In this document: positions 17,280-27,402 of the stretch, piece after piece
How the letters are laid out: every line of letters begins with the position of its first letter
Position numbering within the stretch: position 1 is the stretch's first letter
Source of the DNA: Promethearchaeota archaeon
GTDB lineage: Archaea > Asgardarchaeota > Lokiarchaeia > Sigyniarchaeales > SOKP01
Direction: 5' to 3'
DNA: 28,344 bases
NCBI GenBank assembly: GCA_048938445.1
Contig: JBHLME010000055.1
Span: 1 to 28,344 of the forward strand
Notes under the pieces: generated by a model
Databases searched by the model: none
Told to the model about the DNA's origin: nothing
Seen by the model: the letters and a program-made list of their open reading frames with translations, nothing else
Position numbers and translations under genes: made by a program

Positions 17280-18599
17280 CTATCCAAGAATAGATTTCAT
17301 GTGATCGATCCTTTTTTGCAATAGTGCTCTTGTTCCCACGTCTTTTCTGTGGAAAAGTTTACCTTTTATGCAACCAATACCTTTTTCAGCTATTTGTTCA
17401 GCTTTTTCAAGAGTTTCTGCGATACCTAAGACACCCATGGCTCTAGATGTTGTAGTAAATATGGTTGTCCCCTCTCGATACACAGAAGCATAGTAATATC
17501 GTGCATTCAATTCTTTAAGTTTTTGATCATCAATGATTACCTTTTCATCTTTTAGGGGTGCCACTGGATATCCTTCAGGAGCTAAATATTTTACTACAGT
17601 TGCTTTATTTTCGAATTCTATTTTTGATGGTAAATTCCCATCTATAATTCTCCAGCAAATTTCAACAAAATTAGTTTTTAAAATTGGTAATACGTTCATT
17701 GCTTCTGGATCTCCAAATCTTGCATTAAATTCAATTAATTTATTTCCACTCGCAGTCTTCATGAATTGTCCATAGAGTGGTCCTTTATATTCTACTCCGG
17801 TTTCTGCCTTAACCGCAGCTACAACATTTTTCATGTCATCTAATGCATCTTTAACATCATCACTTGTTATAAAAGGCATTAAATGATTTTCTAAAGAATA
17901 AGATCCCATCCCACCAGTATTAGGTCCTTTATCATCTTCATATGCTCGCTTGTGGTCTTGAACAATTGGTGTTCCAATTACATTTTTACCATCTACAAAT
18001 GTTTGAATAGTATATTCTTCACCGTCCAATTTTTCTTCTAAGAGAAATGGACTACTTTTTTCAATTAATTCATTACAATAATTTAATATGTCTTTTTTAG
18101 AGAATAAATGATCTCCATATACCATTACTCCTTTCCCTCCAGTTAATCCATCCGGTTTTACTACAATTGTTTCCTTACCATTCTCATCTATATATTCTTG
18201 GACACCTTCCATTGAAGTAAATCTCTTGCTCTTAACATTTGAAGATATTTTATATTTTGTCAACAATTCTCTCATGAATATCTTTGAACCTTCTAACTGG
18301 GCGGCTTCTATTTTTGGACTAGCACAAGGTATTCCTCCTTTTTCCAATGCGTCTACAATCCCTACACATAAAGGGGCTTCTGGACCGATAATTGCAAAAT
18401 CAATTTTTTTTTCCTTACAAAAATTGATAATTTCTGTAAAATCAGTTTCAGAATGAACTTTTATTCGTCCTTTAGATAAATCCTCTAAACCCGCATTTTT
18501 GAAACTCATAAACGCAAATAATTCAGCTCCTCCCTTAACTAGGGCTTCACCCATTACATGTTCTCTGGCACCATGTCCTACAATTAAACAATTTACCAT
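17280..18599 (-). CDS. purD: Phosphoribosylamine--glycine ligase
   Basis: VGHGAREH, IGPEAPL, AAQLEGSK, VVKPDGLTGGKGV, QDHKRAYEDDKGPNTGGMGSY and EFNARFGDPE. Confidence 0.97.
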   Translation of the reverse strand: MVNCLIVGHGAREHVMGEALVKGGAELFAFMSFKNAGLEDLSKGRIKVHSETDFTEIINFCKEKKIDFAIIGPEAPLCVGIVDALEKGGIPCASPKIEAAQLEGSKIFMRELLTKYKISSNVKSKRFTSMEGVQEYIDENGKETIVVKPDGLTGGKGVMVYGDHLFSKKDILNYCNELIEKSSPFLLEEKLDGEEYTIQTFVDGKNVIGTPIVQDHKRAYEDDKGPNTGGMGSYSLENHLMPFITSDDVKDALDDMKNVVAAVKAETGVEYKGPLYGQFMKTASGNKLIEFNARFGDPEAMNVLPILKTNFVEICWRIIDGNLPSKIEFENKATVVKYLAPEGYPVAPLKDEKVIIDDQKLKELNARYYYASVYREGTTIFTTTSRAMGVLGIAETLEKAEQIAEKGIGCIKGKLFHRKDVGTRALLQKRIDHMKSILG

Positions 18600-18713
18600 T
18601 ATATTTCAATTACATTATAATTAATTGATTAAATATTAAAAAACCGATTCTAATTTAATTAATTATTAACTATATAGTAAAAGGATTAGTTAAAAAAAGC
18701 GAGAAAAAAAGAA

Positions 18714-19421
18714 TTATTCTTCTTTTAATAGCTTTCGGGTGTTTTTTAGAACTATATCTTGCTGTGCTTCTTCAGGATAATTTTCAATTAAGAAGTATAG
18801 TATTTTATTTCCAATGTTTTCTTTAATAATTGCTTGGATGGATTCTAAAGAATCAAGATATTTTGTGATTGTATTTATATGCATATTTAATTCTTTAGCA
18901 ATTTTTGTTTTAGTCAATCCAGTATTATTTAATCTTAAAAACTCGAGTATTTTTTTAGCTTTATCATGTGAAGCTATATGCAATGGTTCAATATTCTTCA
19001 AATCAACTGTGGTTTCAAAGTAAACCTCTCGATTATCAATTTCATGAACTTTTATAAAGTTAAACTTTAATAATATTTGAACGTGCCAAATTACCACGTG
19101 ATTGGCTAGTTTCAATTTATTAACAATCTGATTAAAGTAAACTCCAGGTCTTTCAACTATAAACTCATATAGTTTTTTTCTTTTTAAGTTTATGAGGACA
19201 TCATTTTTCGTTAATTTTGAACCCTCAACAATCATATTTTTCTCGGTAAGTCTTTCAAGATGTTTAATGATCCCTTTGGTGCTGATATTTATAGAAGATT
19301 TAGCAAATCGCGAAACAATATAAGGTAAGATTTTATTGTAATCAAACGTTCGGTTTTCATTTAGATATTCTTGAACAATATCAAATACCATTGTTTCCTG
19401 ATTAGTTATTTGGTGCATCAT
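18714..19421 (-). CDS. Multi-winged-helix transcriptional regulator
   Basis: RKKLYEFIVERPGVYFNQIVNKLKLANHVVIWHVQILLK and KKILEFL...LTKTKIAKELNMHINTITKYLDSLE HTH units. GAGGGAG RBS, 15 bp downstream of the preceding gene. Confidence 0.85.
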   Translation of the reverse strand: MMHQITNQETMVFDIVQEYLNENRTFDYNKILPYIVSRFAKSSINISTKGIIKHLERLTEKNMIVEGSKLTKNDVLINLKRKKLYEFIVERPGVYFNQIVNKLKLANHVVIWHVQILLKFNFIKVHEIDNREVYFETTVDLKNIEPLHIASHDKAKKILEFLRLNNTGLTKTKIAKELNMHINTITKYLDSLESIQAIIKENIGNKILYFLIENYPEEAQQDIVLKNTRKLLKEE

Positions 19422-19436
19422 TATGCTCCCTCGCAG

Positions 19437-22400
19437 TTATTTTGGTAGAGAACTTTTATTTTTTTCTCTTAGCATTAAATCAACAATGTTTTGACGTTCT
19501 TTTGGTGTCAATGAAAGCATTTCTTTAATAAATTCTTCCTTGTCATTATCATCCCAGTCGAATTTGTTAATATCTTCCCAGAATTTATCTGATATTGTTG
19601 TCAAATTCCCTCCACTTTGCAGCCTTTTCATTATATTTTCCGTCTTAATTCTATAACTCTCATTTACATCGATTTTAACTATTTTATTTAGCTCTCCTGA
19701 ATTATTGTCTTGTTTTTGCTTTAAGTTTATTGGAGTTTTACAAACCCAACACGGTTCATTTCTTTCTTCAAAAGCTTGAGCACAATTAATGCAGTATTTT
19801 GAATAACATTTTGGACAAACATAAGATAACCCTTTAATATGTCCTTTATGTACAATACAACGATCAATTTCTTTTTCAATTTCTATTTCTTTTTCAGTTT
19901 TACCTATTTCCTCGATTTCCTTTTCACTAAGAACAATCTTGAGAATTTTAGGATCATTATTAGTTTCTATTGTTTTTTTAGCCTTTTTTACCTTGATGAA
20001 CTCTTTTAATTCCTTAGGTCTGATTGGCGTGAGCATTTCGGGTGTAATTTGTGGTTTTATACTTTTCATGGGTTGGAATTCTTCATCATGCAAGGTTGAA
20101 ATCTCTCTTGTGAGAGGTTCTTTCTTATTCAATGGTTTATAGGTTCTATCTTTTTTTTTCTTTTTACGTGAGATGGCCACGTAGCCTGTAGGAACTGTAA
20201 TGCCAATCACACTTAAAATGATGATTATAATGATGAGGAACCATGGAAAGGGGGTGATTGGAATATCTGTTTCTGTCAAGCTGAAATATGATAATTCGTT
20301 GGTCGTGATTTCAATGTAATGCAGTGCCGAGTTTAACGAAAAATCTTCCAAATGCCATTGTCCTAAACTAGAAATATAGTGATAAAGTTTTAGATCCAAG
20401 GGATCATTGATTTTCAAAGGATCATAATAGAAACGGATAGTGATGCTCGAAAGAATTGATGTATCTTCAATAAAATTGGCACCGTATAGGTCAATTTCAT
20501 AAATGTAGAACGTGGATGGATTATATCCGTAATCAATAATGATAGGAATCGTGAAAGAGAAGTTGTTAACATGCAGGAATCCAATGGAATTCAGTTCAAT
20601 TTCAATGTACATGCCACACTCATTGTTCATATCCAAGATGTTAAGGCTTGGCCTCAAGCAAATGTATTCCCAATCGAGAGAGAAATATCGCTTGTCAGAT
20701 GGAAAGATGTATCCGTCGGGCGTAGTTCCAAACACTTGAATCGAATGCATTCCATTTCCCGTGGGCATTGAAATGGTCGTATTGCCTTGAATGGTGATGT
20801 TTGCTGCTCCATCCAAGGAATACCCCATCCAATCTAAAATGGTGGTATTTTCATAGCTAAGTAATATTCCTTCATTCACGTTATCTCCAATGACATAATT
20901 TGGATCCCAGGAAAATCCTATAGCATCAACATAAGAGATTAGATTATAAGCATCATTTAAGCTTGTATGTATTCGAAAATCAAGCGTTTGACTTTCGATT
21001 GATCTTGACTGTAATTCTCCACTATCAACATTATCTACGATTGCTTTCCATCTATTAAATCCCAAACCTTTCCATTCAGCAGCACCATCGCACCTGAAAT
21101 GAATGGTCCAATGTTGCCATTTATCGTTCTGCGGTCTGGCAATGTAAGGTATTGGATGATGCACTCCTCCAGAATCTGCATACATCCATGTCTGATCATT
21201 GTAGAGATAAATCCATATAAAGTATAAAAAAGTAGACCCTCCTGAATAGAGGATAAATTCGGTACGTTGCGTAATATCTGAAGTCTTGAACCAAAATTCA
21301 ATAGTCCCAAAAGATTGGGAGTTAGTAAAAATTCTTTTAAGTTCTGCTACTTCAGAAGAAGAACCATCACGCAATTCTACAATCTGTCTGTGAGTATGAT
21401 CTCCACCAATAACATTAACTGAAGAATAAGAACCTTCCAAGACTTCAAATCCTAGAGGATTTGATCCTATTTGATCATTTTCAAATCCGTAGGTGGCAGG
21501 ATAATATCCGCCCATTGGTGTCGTGTAGGTGATATTTTCAGGAGTGATGAGTTTAACTCCACTAATAATGAAATATCGTATATCAGAAGATTGCATTATT
21601 CCACTCGTGTCATTCCCAAAAACTTGAATTGAATGCAATCCAGGATCAGAGGGCATTGGAATGGTCGTATTGCCTTGGATCGTTATGCTTGCTGCCCCAT
21701 CCAAGGAATATCCCATCCAATCCAAAACCGTGCTTTTTTCATAACTGAGCAACAATCCTTCATTCACGTTATCTCCAATAACATAATTTGGATCCCAGGA
21801 AAATCCTATAGCATCACAAAATAATGAGTATCCATAACCCATATGGTCAGTTTTTATTCTAATATTATTTATCGTTAGCACATTATTTTGAAAAACAAAA
21901 GGCCCATATCTAATTCCGTTTATATAAACGAAATATTGATATTGGGATAGACCTTCATATCCATTAGTAGTACATTCAAAATCGATGCGAACATGAGACC
22001 ATGTATCAATAAATGCCCGTGTGATGTCCACCCATTGGCCCAAATTATAGATTCTCCAATTATCTGACCCAGTTATAACTCGCATCACTGTTGTTGCACC
22101 ACCATCTCCATCAAGAGCTAGAGTACAATATCGCGTGACATCTGTAAATCTAAGCCATACTTCAACCGTGCCACTTTCTTGAGATGCGAAAATTTTACTC
22201 ATTTTTGTAAAACCTGAGCCTGAATTATCATTTAATCTCACTACTTTTTTATAACCTCCAATTTCTTCAATGATTTGTATATCCCCGGCATATTCTTCTA
22301 ATTGCCATCCTGAAGGATCGCTACCAATGGTATCGTTCTCAAATCCAAGCGTGGCAGGATAATATCCGCTCATTGGTGCTGTATAAGTTATATTGAGAGG

Positions 22401-22580
22401 GGTTGTAATATTTAGCTCAGAGCTATTAGTTTTTAAAGAATACTCTGAAAAGGAGGATTCGTCTAAAAATTGATTGTTGAAATTAGAGCTATTTAATAGT
22501 ATTGCTGTCATTATGAAACTAAAAATTAGAAATATAACGAAAAAATTATATTTTACTTGGTTTTTTCGCATTTTTTTCAT
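19437..22580 (-). CDS. Single-pass cell-surface protein with a duplicated beta-rich ectodomain and a cytoplasmic RING-like zinc finger
   Basis: N-terminal signal/anchor, two ~296-aa repeats, TM helix PWFLIIIIIILSVIGITVPTGYVAI followed by RKKKKK, then CIVH...CPKC...CINC...CWVC. Confidence 0.8.
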   Translation of the reverse strand: MKKMRKNQVKYNFFVIFLIFSFIMTAILLNSSNFNNQFLDESSFSEYSLKTNSSELNITTPLNITYTAPMSGYYPATLGFENDTIGSDPSGWQLEEYAGDIQIIEEIGGYKKVVRLNDNSGSGFTKMSKIFASQESGTVEVWLRFTDVTRYCTLALDGDGGATTVMRVITGSDNWRIYNLGQWVDITRAFIDTWSHVRIDFECTTNGYEGLSQYQYFVYINGIRYGPFVFQNNVLTINNIRIKTDHMGYGYSLFCDAIGFSWDPNYVIGDNVNEGLLLSYEKSTVLDWMGYSLDGAASITIQGNTTIPMPSDPGLHSIQVFGNDTSGIMQSSDIRYFIISGVKLITPENITYTTPMGGYYPATYGFENDQIGSNPLGFEVLEGSYSSVNVIGGDHTHRQIVELRDGSSSEVAELKRIFTNSQSFGTIEFWFKTSDITQRTEFILYSGGSTFLYFIWIYLYNDQTWMYADSGGVHHPIPYIARPQNDKWQHWTIHFRCDGAAEWKGLGFNRWKAIVDNVDSGELQSRSIESQTLDFRIHTSLNDAYNLISYVDAIGFSWDPNYVIGDNVNEGILLSYENTTILDWMGYSLDGAANITIQGNTTISMPTGNGMHSIQVFGTTPDGYIFPSDKRYFSLDWEYICLRPSLNILDMNNECGMYIEIELNSIGFLHVNNFSFTIPIIIDYGYNPSTFYIYEIDLYGANFIEDTSILSSITIRFYYDPLKINDPLDLKLYHYISSLGQWHLEDFSLNSALHYIEITTNELSYFSLTETDIPITPFPWFLIIIIIILSVIGITVPTGYVAISRKKKKKDRTYKPLNKKEPLTREISTLHDEEFQPMKSIKPQITPEMLTPIRPKELKEFIKVKKAKKTIETNNDPKILKIVLSEKEIEEIGKTEKEIEIEKEIDRCIVHKGHIKGLSYVCPKCYSKYCINCAQAFEERNEPCWVCKTPINLKQKQDNNSGELNKIVKIDVNESYRIKTENIMKRLQSGGNLTTISDKFWEDINKFDWDDNDKEEFIKEMLSLTPKERQNIVDLMLREKNKSSLPK
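20763..21816 (-). repeat. Internal direct repeat with 888-bp period (best-conserved blocks 20763-20928 and 21651-21816)
   Basis: Both blocks encode DAIGFSWDPNYVIGDNVNEG(L/I)LLSYE..T.LDWMGYSLDGAA.ITIQGNTTI.MP and share long identical nucleotide runs. Confidence 0.9.
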
Positions 22581-22979
22581 AAAATAATCACTAAAATATC
22601 GTTAAATAAAAAGTCATTTGATATGTAATAATTCTAAACCCTATTCCATTTATAGGTATCTGGTAACTTTTTGAATCCGAATATTTCTGGTTTTAATAAT
22701 TTATTAAAATTCTTAGCCTAAATTATAAATTTATCCACTAAATTATTCTAATTTTATCAAAAAAAAAGTTAAATAAAGAATTACATTTTAAATATACAGA
22801 TTTAAAAAATAGATATAAATTAAAATTAAACTTTCAATATTTACAATAGAATGAATAGGAAATAAAATAATTTAGACAAAAGATTGACTTAATTCTATTA
22901 TAGTTTTTAATTTTCATTAAATTGTTATATTATCATTAATTTAATAGTTATAGGGACATTTTTTTAATAAAAATAGAAA

Positions 22980-24131
22980 ATGGATTTTTTTATGTTGGAA
23001 GCTAAATATAAAAAAGCCGCTCAAATTATATTTAAAGCGGGAGGTACCCCAATACCCGTTACTGAGACATTTATCAAGATTCTTAGAACCCTCCTAAAAG
23101 ATGATGAAGAAGAATTAGATCTGATCTTATCCTTTAGAAGAAAAATAAGTCAGAATGTTGAACAATTAATAAATAATAGTGGATTATCTGAAGAAAAAAT
23201 CATTGAATTAACCAATAGTTTGGCAAAAAAAGGTTTTATATTTAATCAACCAAATTCAAAAGGAATCCAAGTTTTTAGATTATTGCCAATAATTAACGTT
23301 GGTTTATTTGAATATACCTTTATGAAGGAATTAGAATATAATGATGAAAATAAAATTTTAGCTGACTTATTCACTAAATTTTTCAATGAATTGGATGCTT
23401 TCATCCAAAGTGGTTATGATAAAATAATACCTTTTTTGCAAAAAGCACTCCCAGTTGATAGAACTGTACCTTTTTATGATAATAAACCAACAGGGAAAGA
23501 AATCAAAATCATTTTAAATAAGGAGGTAGAAGTACCAACAGAAGCGATCATACCAGCTCAAAAAATTGAGGAAATCATTGCTAAATTTAATGATATAGCC
23601 GTTGGACATTGTTTTTGCCGACATCATAAAGATTTAGATGGTAACCCTTGTGATCAAACAACTATGAGAGAAAATTGTTTTACTTTTGGTAAATCTGCTA
23701 AACATATTATTCAGCAAGGCTTTGGGAGACCTGTTTCAAAAGAAGAAGCTTTAAGTATAATGAAAGAATCAGAGAAAGATGGATTAGTTCATAAAGCATA
23801 TCATCCAAATTTTGATATATCAAAACCAGAAACAAGTATATGTAATTGCTGTAAATGTTGCTGTGGAAATTCTTATAAAAATGCCATTGCACCCATGATT
23901 AACGCAACTAATTTCATATCTATGGTTAATGAAGAAAAATGTGTTGGATGTGGATTATGCATTGAAAAATGTATAAATGATGCGATAATTGTTGACAATA
24001 ATGGGAAAGCAAGGAGGATTGAAGAGCGCTGTATTGGATGCGGAGTATGCGCTCATTTTTGTCCTGAAAATGCTATATTCTTGAACGAAGTCAAAAGAAT
24101 TGTCAATGTACCTCCTCCAAAGAAGGTTTAA
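22980..24131 (+). CDS. 4Fe-4S dicluster (ferredoxin)-domain protein with an N-terminal HTH-like region and a Cys-rich middle domain
   Basis: CVGCGLCIEKC and CIGCGVCAHFCP, plus CFCR, ENC and ICNCCKCCCG. Confidence 0.85.
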   Translation: MDFFMLEAKYKKAAQIIFKAGGTPIPVTETFIKILRTLLKDDEEELDLILSFRRKISQNVEQLINNSGLSEEKIIELTNSLAKKGFIFNQPNSKGIQVFRLLPIINVGLFEYTFMKELEYNDENKILADLFTKFFNELDAFIQSGYDKIIPFLQKALPVDRTVPFYDNKPTGKEIKIILNKEVEVPTEAIIPAQKIEEIIAKFNDIAVGHCFCRHHKDLDGNPCDQTTMRENCFTFGKSAKHIIQQGFGRPVSKEEALSIMKESEKDGLVHKAYHPNFDISKPETSICNCCKCCCGNSYKNAIAPMINATNFISMVNEEKCVGCGLCIEKCINDAIIVDNNGKARRIEERCIGCGVCAHFCPENAIFLNEVKRIVNVPPPKKV

Positions 24132-24151
24132 AAAAAGAATAAAGCCCTTTT

Positions 24152-24823
24152 TTATTTTAATTTTTGTTTAAATACTTCAATAGTTTCTACAATCTGATTG
24201 AGTTGAAGATTAAATTCTTTAGGATGAAGTTTTTTTAATTTTTCAAAATCTCCAACAATATTTTTTAATTCTTGAATCCAATATTTCATCAGAACTTCAT
24301 ATTCTTTACCCTTCACTGCATCTCTTATATCCTGCGTTACCTCACTTTTAATTTTTTCTAAAAGTTTTTTTTCATTAACTGTAAATGAGATCTTTAAGAC
24401 ATCTTGTTCGTTTTTAAGTTGTTCTATATCAGTATCCATTCTAGTTTTATCCGCCAAAAATTTATCATTAAACTTCTTGATCATGTCTATTATGATTTCT
24501 TCTTGTGTCTGTATCTGGTGTTCAATTTGTTGCTTGTTAATGGTGATTTGTTTTTTAAGATCTACAATATCCTTTTTAAGAGATTGTATATCTTTCTCGA
24601 TAGATTTTTGTGTTTTTACTTGCTCCTTTAATAACAATTGATTTGCCGATACTTGCTTATCCAAGCTGCTAACTTTAGTATCAGATTGTTCAATTTTTTT
24701 TCCAATATAGAGGTATAAATTTTCAATTTGGGTTTTCATTCTTCCGTCTAACTCATCAATATCCTTTTTTAACTTATCTAAACCCTTAGTTATTTGATTT
24801 TCATCTTTTTCTTTTTTTGCGAT
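24152..24823 (-). CDS. Coiled-coil protein, about 223 aa if it starts at the ATC at 24823 (track start 24739)
   Basis: Heptad-rich throughout. The frame extends 28 codons upstream of the ATG to ATC-GCA-AAA-AAA-GAA, which lies 7 nt after AGGTG. Confidence 0.75.
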   Translation of the reverse strand: MAKKEKDENQITKGLDKLKKDIDELDGRMKTQIENLYLYIGKKIEQSDTKVSSLDKQVSANQLLLKEQVKTQKSIEKDIQSLKKDIVDLKKQITINKQQIEHQIQTQEEIIIDMIKKFNDKFLADKTRMDTDIEQLKNEQDVLKISFTVNEKKLLEKIKSEVTQDIRDAVKGKEYEVLMKYWIQELKNIVGDFEKLKKLHPKEFNLQLNQIVETIEVFKQKLK

Positions 24824-24863
24824 AAACCTACACCTTTTATATTTTTATAAAGAATTATTTTAA

Positions 24864-25865
24864 TTATTTTCCTTGAACTTCAATTTCAGATGGCGATTCA
24901 CCCTCATCTTCTAATTCTATTAGTGAATCCAATCCTATATCCATGAGAGATTCTAATTTTAATTCAAAATCTTCTTTAAAATAATCAATTTGACCTATTG
25001 CATTGTCTATAGACTCTACTAGTCGATTAATTGGCGTATTTTTTAATTTTTCAAATAAATTTTCGACAGTCGTGAGATTATTGTTAAATGATTCTATTAT
25101 TTGGCTCTTGATCATATCTAATCTTTTTAATCTCTCTTGAAAAATTTTCATAGCTTCTTCTTTCGGCTCAACCTCATCAGTTATAGTCACGACCTTTTTG
25201 GTAATTGGTGCTGAAACTTCTTTAGGTAGAGTTAAAGAATCAACTTTTTCTGCATTAATGAACAAATCTCTAAGTTGTTTTTCACTTTTATCTAACTGAT
25301 TTAAGAATTTTTTAAATAAACCTTTAATTTTCTCATCTGGATATTTAAATTCCATCTCTTGAAGATAGATCAATACCAATAACTCGAAAATTTCATTTAA
25401 ATTTACCATTTTTTTTGCAGATATAAAAACAAGGGGAATTTCGGTAATAGCAATGTTTTTTGCCAATTCCTTTAATGAATTTTCATCTTCTATTAAATCA
25501 AGCTTATTTCCTACCAAGAAAGTTATACATTCTTCTGAATTTTTTTGTAAATGTTTTAAATAAACATCTTCGATTTCTTTTAATGTTTCTGGTTTACTTA
25601 AATCGAAGACAAGAAATGCTGCATCAACATTTTTGAAAAAAGCGGGATTAATTGGATTAAATGAGCGTTGACCTCCACTATCCCATAAATTAACCCTGAT
25701 ATTTACTGATTCAAGAGTATATTCGTTATGAGTGATATTACTTCCAATTGTAGGTATGTATACCTCAGGAATTGGTTTGTTTAAAAAAGCATTAACAATC
25801 GAGGTTTTCCCAACTCCTCCATCTCCAACGATAACTAATTTGATATTGATTTCATCAACGATCAT
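24864..25865 (-). CDS. Ras-superfamily (Rab-like) small GTPase with a long helical C-terminal extension
   Basis: G1 GDGGVGKTS, G2 PTIG, G3 WDSGGQ, G4 NKLD and G5 SAK, followed by about 165 further helical/acidic residues. Confidence 0.92.
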   Translation of the reverse strand: MIVDEINIKLVIVGDGGVGKTSIVNAFLNKPIPEVYIPTIGSNITHNEYTLESVNIRVNLWDSGGQRSFNPINPAFFKNVDAAFLVFDLSKPETLKEIEDVYLKHLQKNSEECITFLVGNKLDLIEDENSLKELAKNIAITEIPLVFISAKKMVNLNEIFELLVLIYLQEMEFKYPDEKIKGLFKKFLNQLDKSEKQLRDLFINAEKVDSLTLPKEVSAPITKKVVTITDEVEPKEEAMKIFQERLKRLDMIKSQIIESFNNNLTTVENLFEKLKNTPINRLVESIDNAIGQIDYFKEDFELKLESLMDIGLDSLIELEDEGESPSEIEVQGK

Positions 25866-26103
25866 ATTTACATCAAATTTCAGAGGTCCTATTTGTAACT
25901 TGTATTAAGACTATAAAGATGAATTTAATATATAAATTTGTTTTAATCTATCATTTTTATAAGAAAACTGTAATAGAAATTTTTTCTAAACGTTTTATTA
26001 TTATGAGATTTTTGTATAACAAAATACTTAAGTAAATTAATTATTGGTTTCAATATTTATCATAATATAATAAATTGTATAAAAAAACTTACTGTGAATT
26101 TTT

Positions 26104-27303
26104 GTGGAAAAAAAAGAGATTGTTATATCATATGCTAAAAGAACTCCAATTGGTTCTTTTAGTGGGTCATTGTTACCTTATAATGCAAGTAAATTGTTAA
26201 GTATAGTGATTAAAGACTGCATTGAATCAACAGGAATAAATCCATCCATTATTTCTGATATTAAATCAGGTTGTTGCATGGAACCTCAAGAAGAAATGAA
26301 TGTAGCTAGAGTTGCCTCATTAATTGCAGGAATCCCATTCGAAGTCCCTGCAGCTACTATCAATAGGGTTTGTACATCTGCAATGGAAGCTATAAGATCT
26401 GGAATGGTTGACATTATTTCTGGGCAAAGTGATGTTGTAATGGCGGGAGGTGTTGAAAGCATGAGTAATGTTTCATATTATTTACCTTCAGCTCGTTTTG
26501 GTGCTCGTTTAGGTAATACAGAATTAAAATGCGGAATAATGGAAGGATTACATGCGGGAAGTAAAACGTTTGCGCCTCAAGCATCATATATAATGGGAAT
26601 GACTGCAGAATATGTTGCAGAAAAATATGGAATAACACGAGAGATGCAAGATGAAGCTGCTTTAAAATCTCATAATAATGCTGAGAAAGCTACAAATAAT
26701 GGGAGATTTAAAGATGAAATCCTACCAATTGAAGTTAAAACTAGTAAAAAGACATATATTTTTGATAAAGATGAACATTTTAGAGCAGGGCAGACATTTG
26801 AGCAATTAGAAAAATTAAGACCAGTTTTTAAAAAAGATGGAACTGTTACTGCAGGAAATTCTTCTGGAATAAATGATGGTGCTTGCATGACACTTTTGAC
26901 AAATCAAGAAAAAGCAAACGAACTTGGTTTAACTCCGATGGTTAAAATTAAAACCATTTCAATGGCAGGAAACGATCCTAAATATATGGGTGTAGGGCCA
27001 CTCTATTCAGTCCCTAAAGCTTTAAAACAATCTAATTTAAAACAAAAAGATATTGGATTGATAGAGTGTAATGAAGCTTTTGCTTCTCCTTATGTCGCAA
27101 TCTGTAAGGAACTAAATTGGGATGTTGAAATTTGTAACGTAAATGGATCAGGTATTGGATTAGGGCATCCTGTAGGTTGTACAGGAGCAAGAATAATCAT
27201 AACGTTAGTACATGAAATGAAAAAGCGGAATATCTCTTATGGATTAGCTACACTTTGCGGTGGTGGTGGTGTTTCATTAGCGACCATCATAGAAAATATT
27301 TAA
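26104..27303 (+). CDS. Thiolase (acetyl-CoA C-acetyltransferase/acyltransferase)
   Basis: RTPIG, INRVCTSA, GGVESMS, TAGNSSGINDGA, NEAFA, GHPVGCTG and LCGGGG. Confidence 0.95.
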   Translation: MEKKEIVISYAKRTPIGSFSGSLLPYNASKLLSIVIKDCIESTGINPSIISDIKSGCCMEPQEEMNVARVASLIAGIPFEVPAATINRVCTSAMEAIRSGMVDIISGQSDVVMAGGVESMSNVSYYLPSARFGARLGNTELKCGIMEGLHAGSKTFAPQASYIMGMTAEYVAEKYGITREMQDEAALKSHNNAEKATNNGRFKDEILPIEVKTSKKTYIFDKDEHFRAGQTFEQLEKLRPVFKKDGTVTAGNSSGINDGACMTLLTNQEKANELGLTPMVKIKTISMAGNDPKYMGVGPLYSVPKALKQSNLKQKDIGLIECNEAFASPYVAICKELNWDVEICNVNGSGIGLGHPVGCTGARIIITLVHEMKKRNISYGLATLCGGGGVSLATIIENI

Positions 27304-27402
27304 ATGTATTAATATATAAATGATAAATTTTATTGCCTCATCTTTTTTTTCTTTTTTTGATTTCTAAATTTTTTTTAATTTTAGAATTTATTATTTAATT
27401 AA

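Noticed and set aside
21035-21310. 91-aa same-strand alternate-frame ORF and other short ORFs nested in long genes
   Set aside because: Fully overlapped by well-supported CDSs, with no motifs or RBS.
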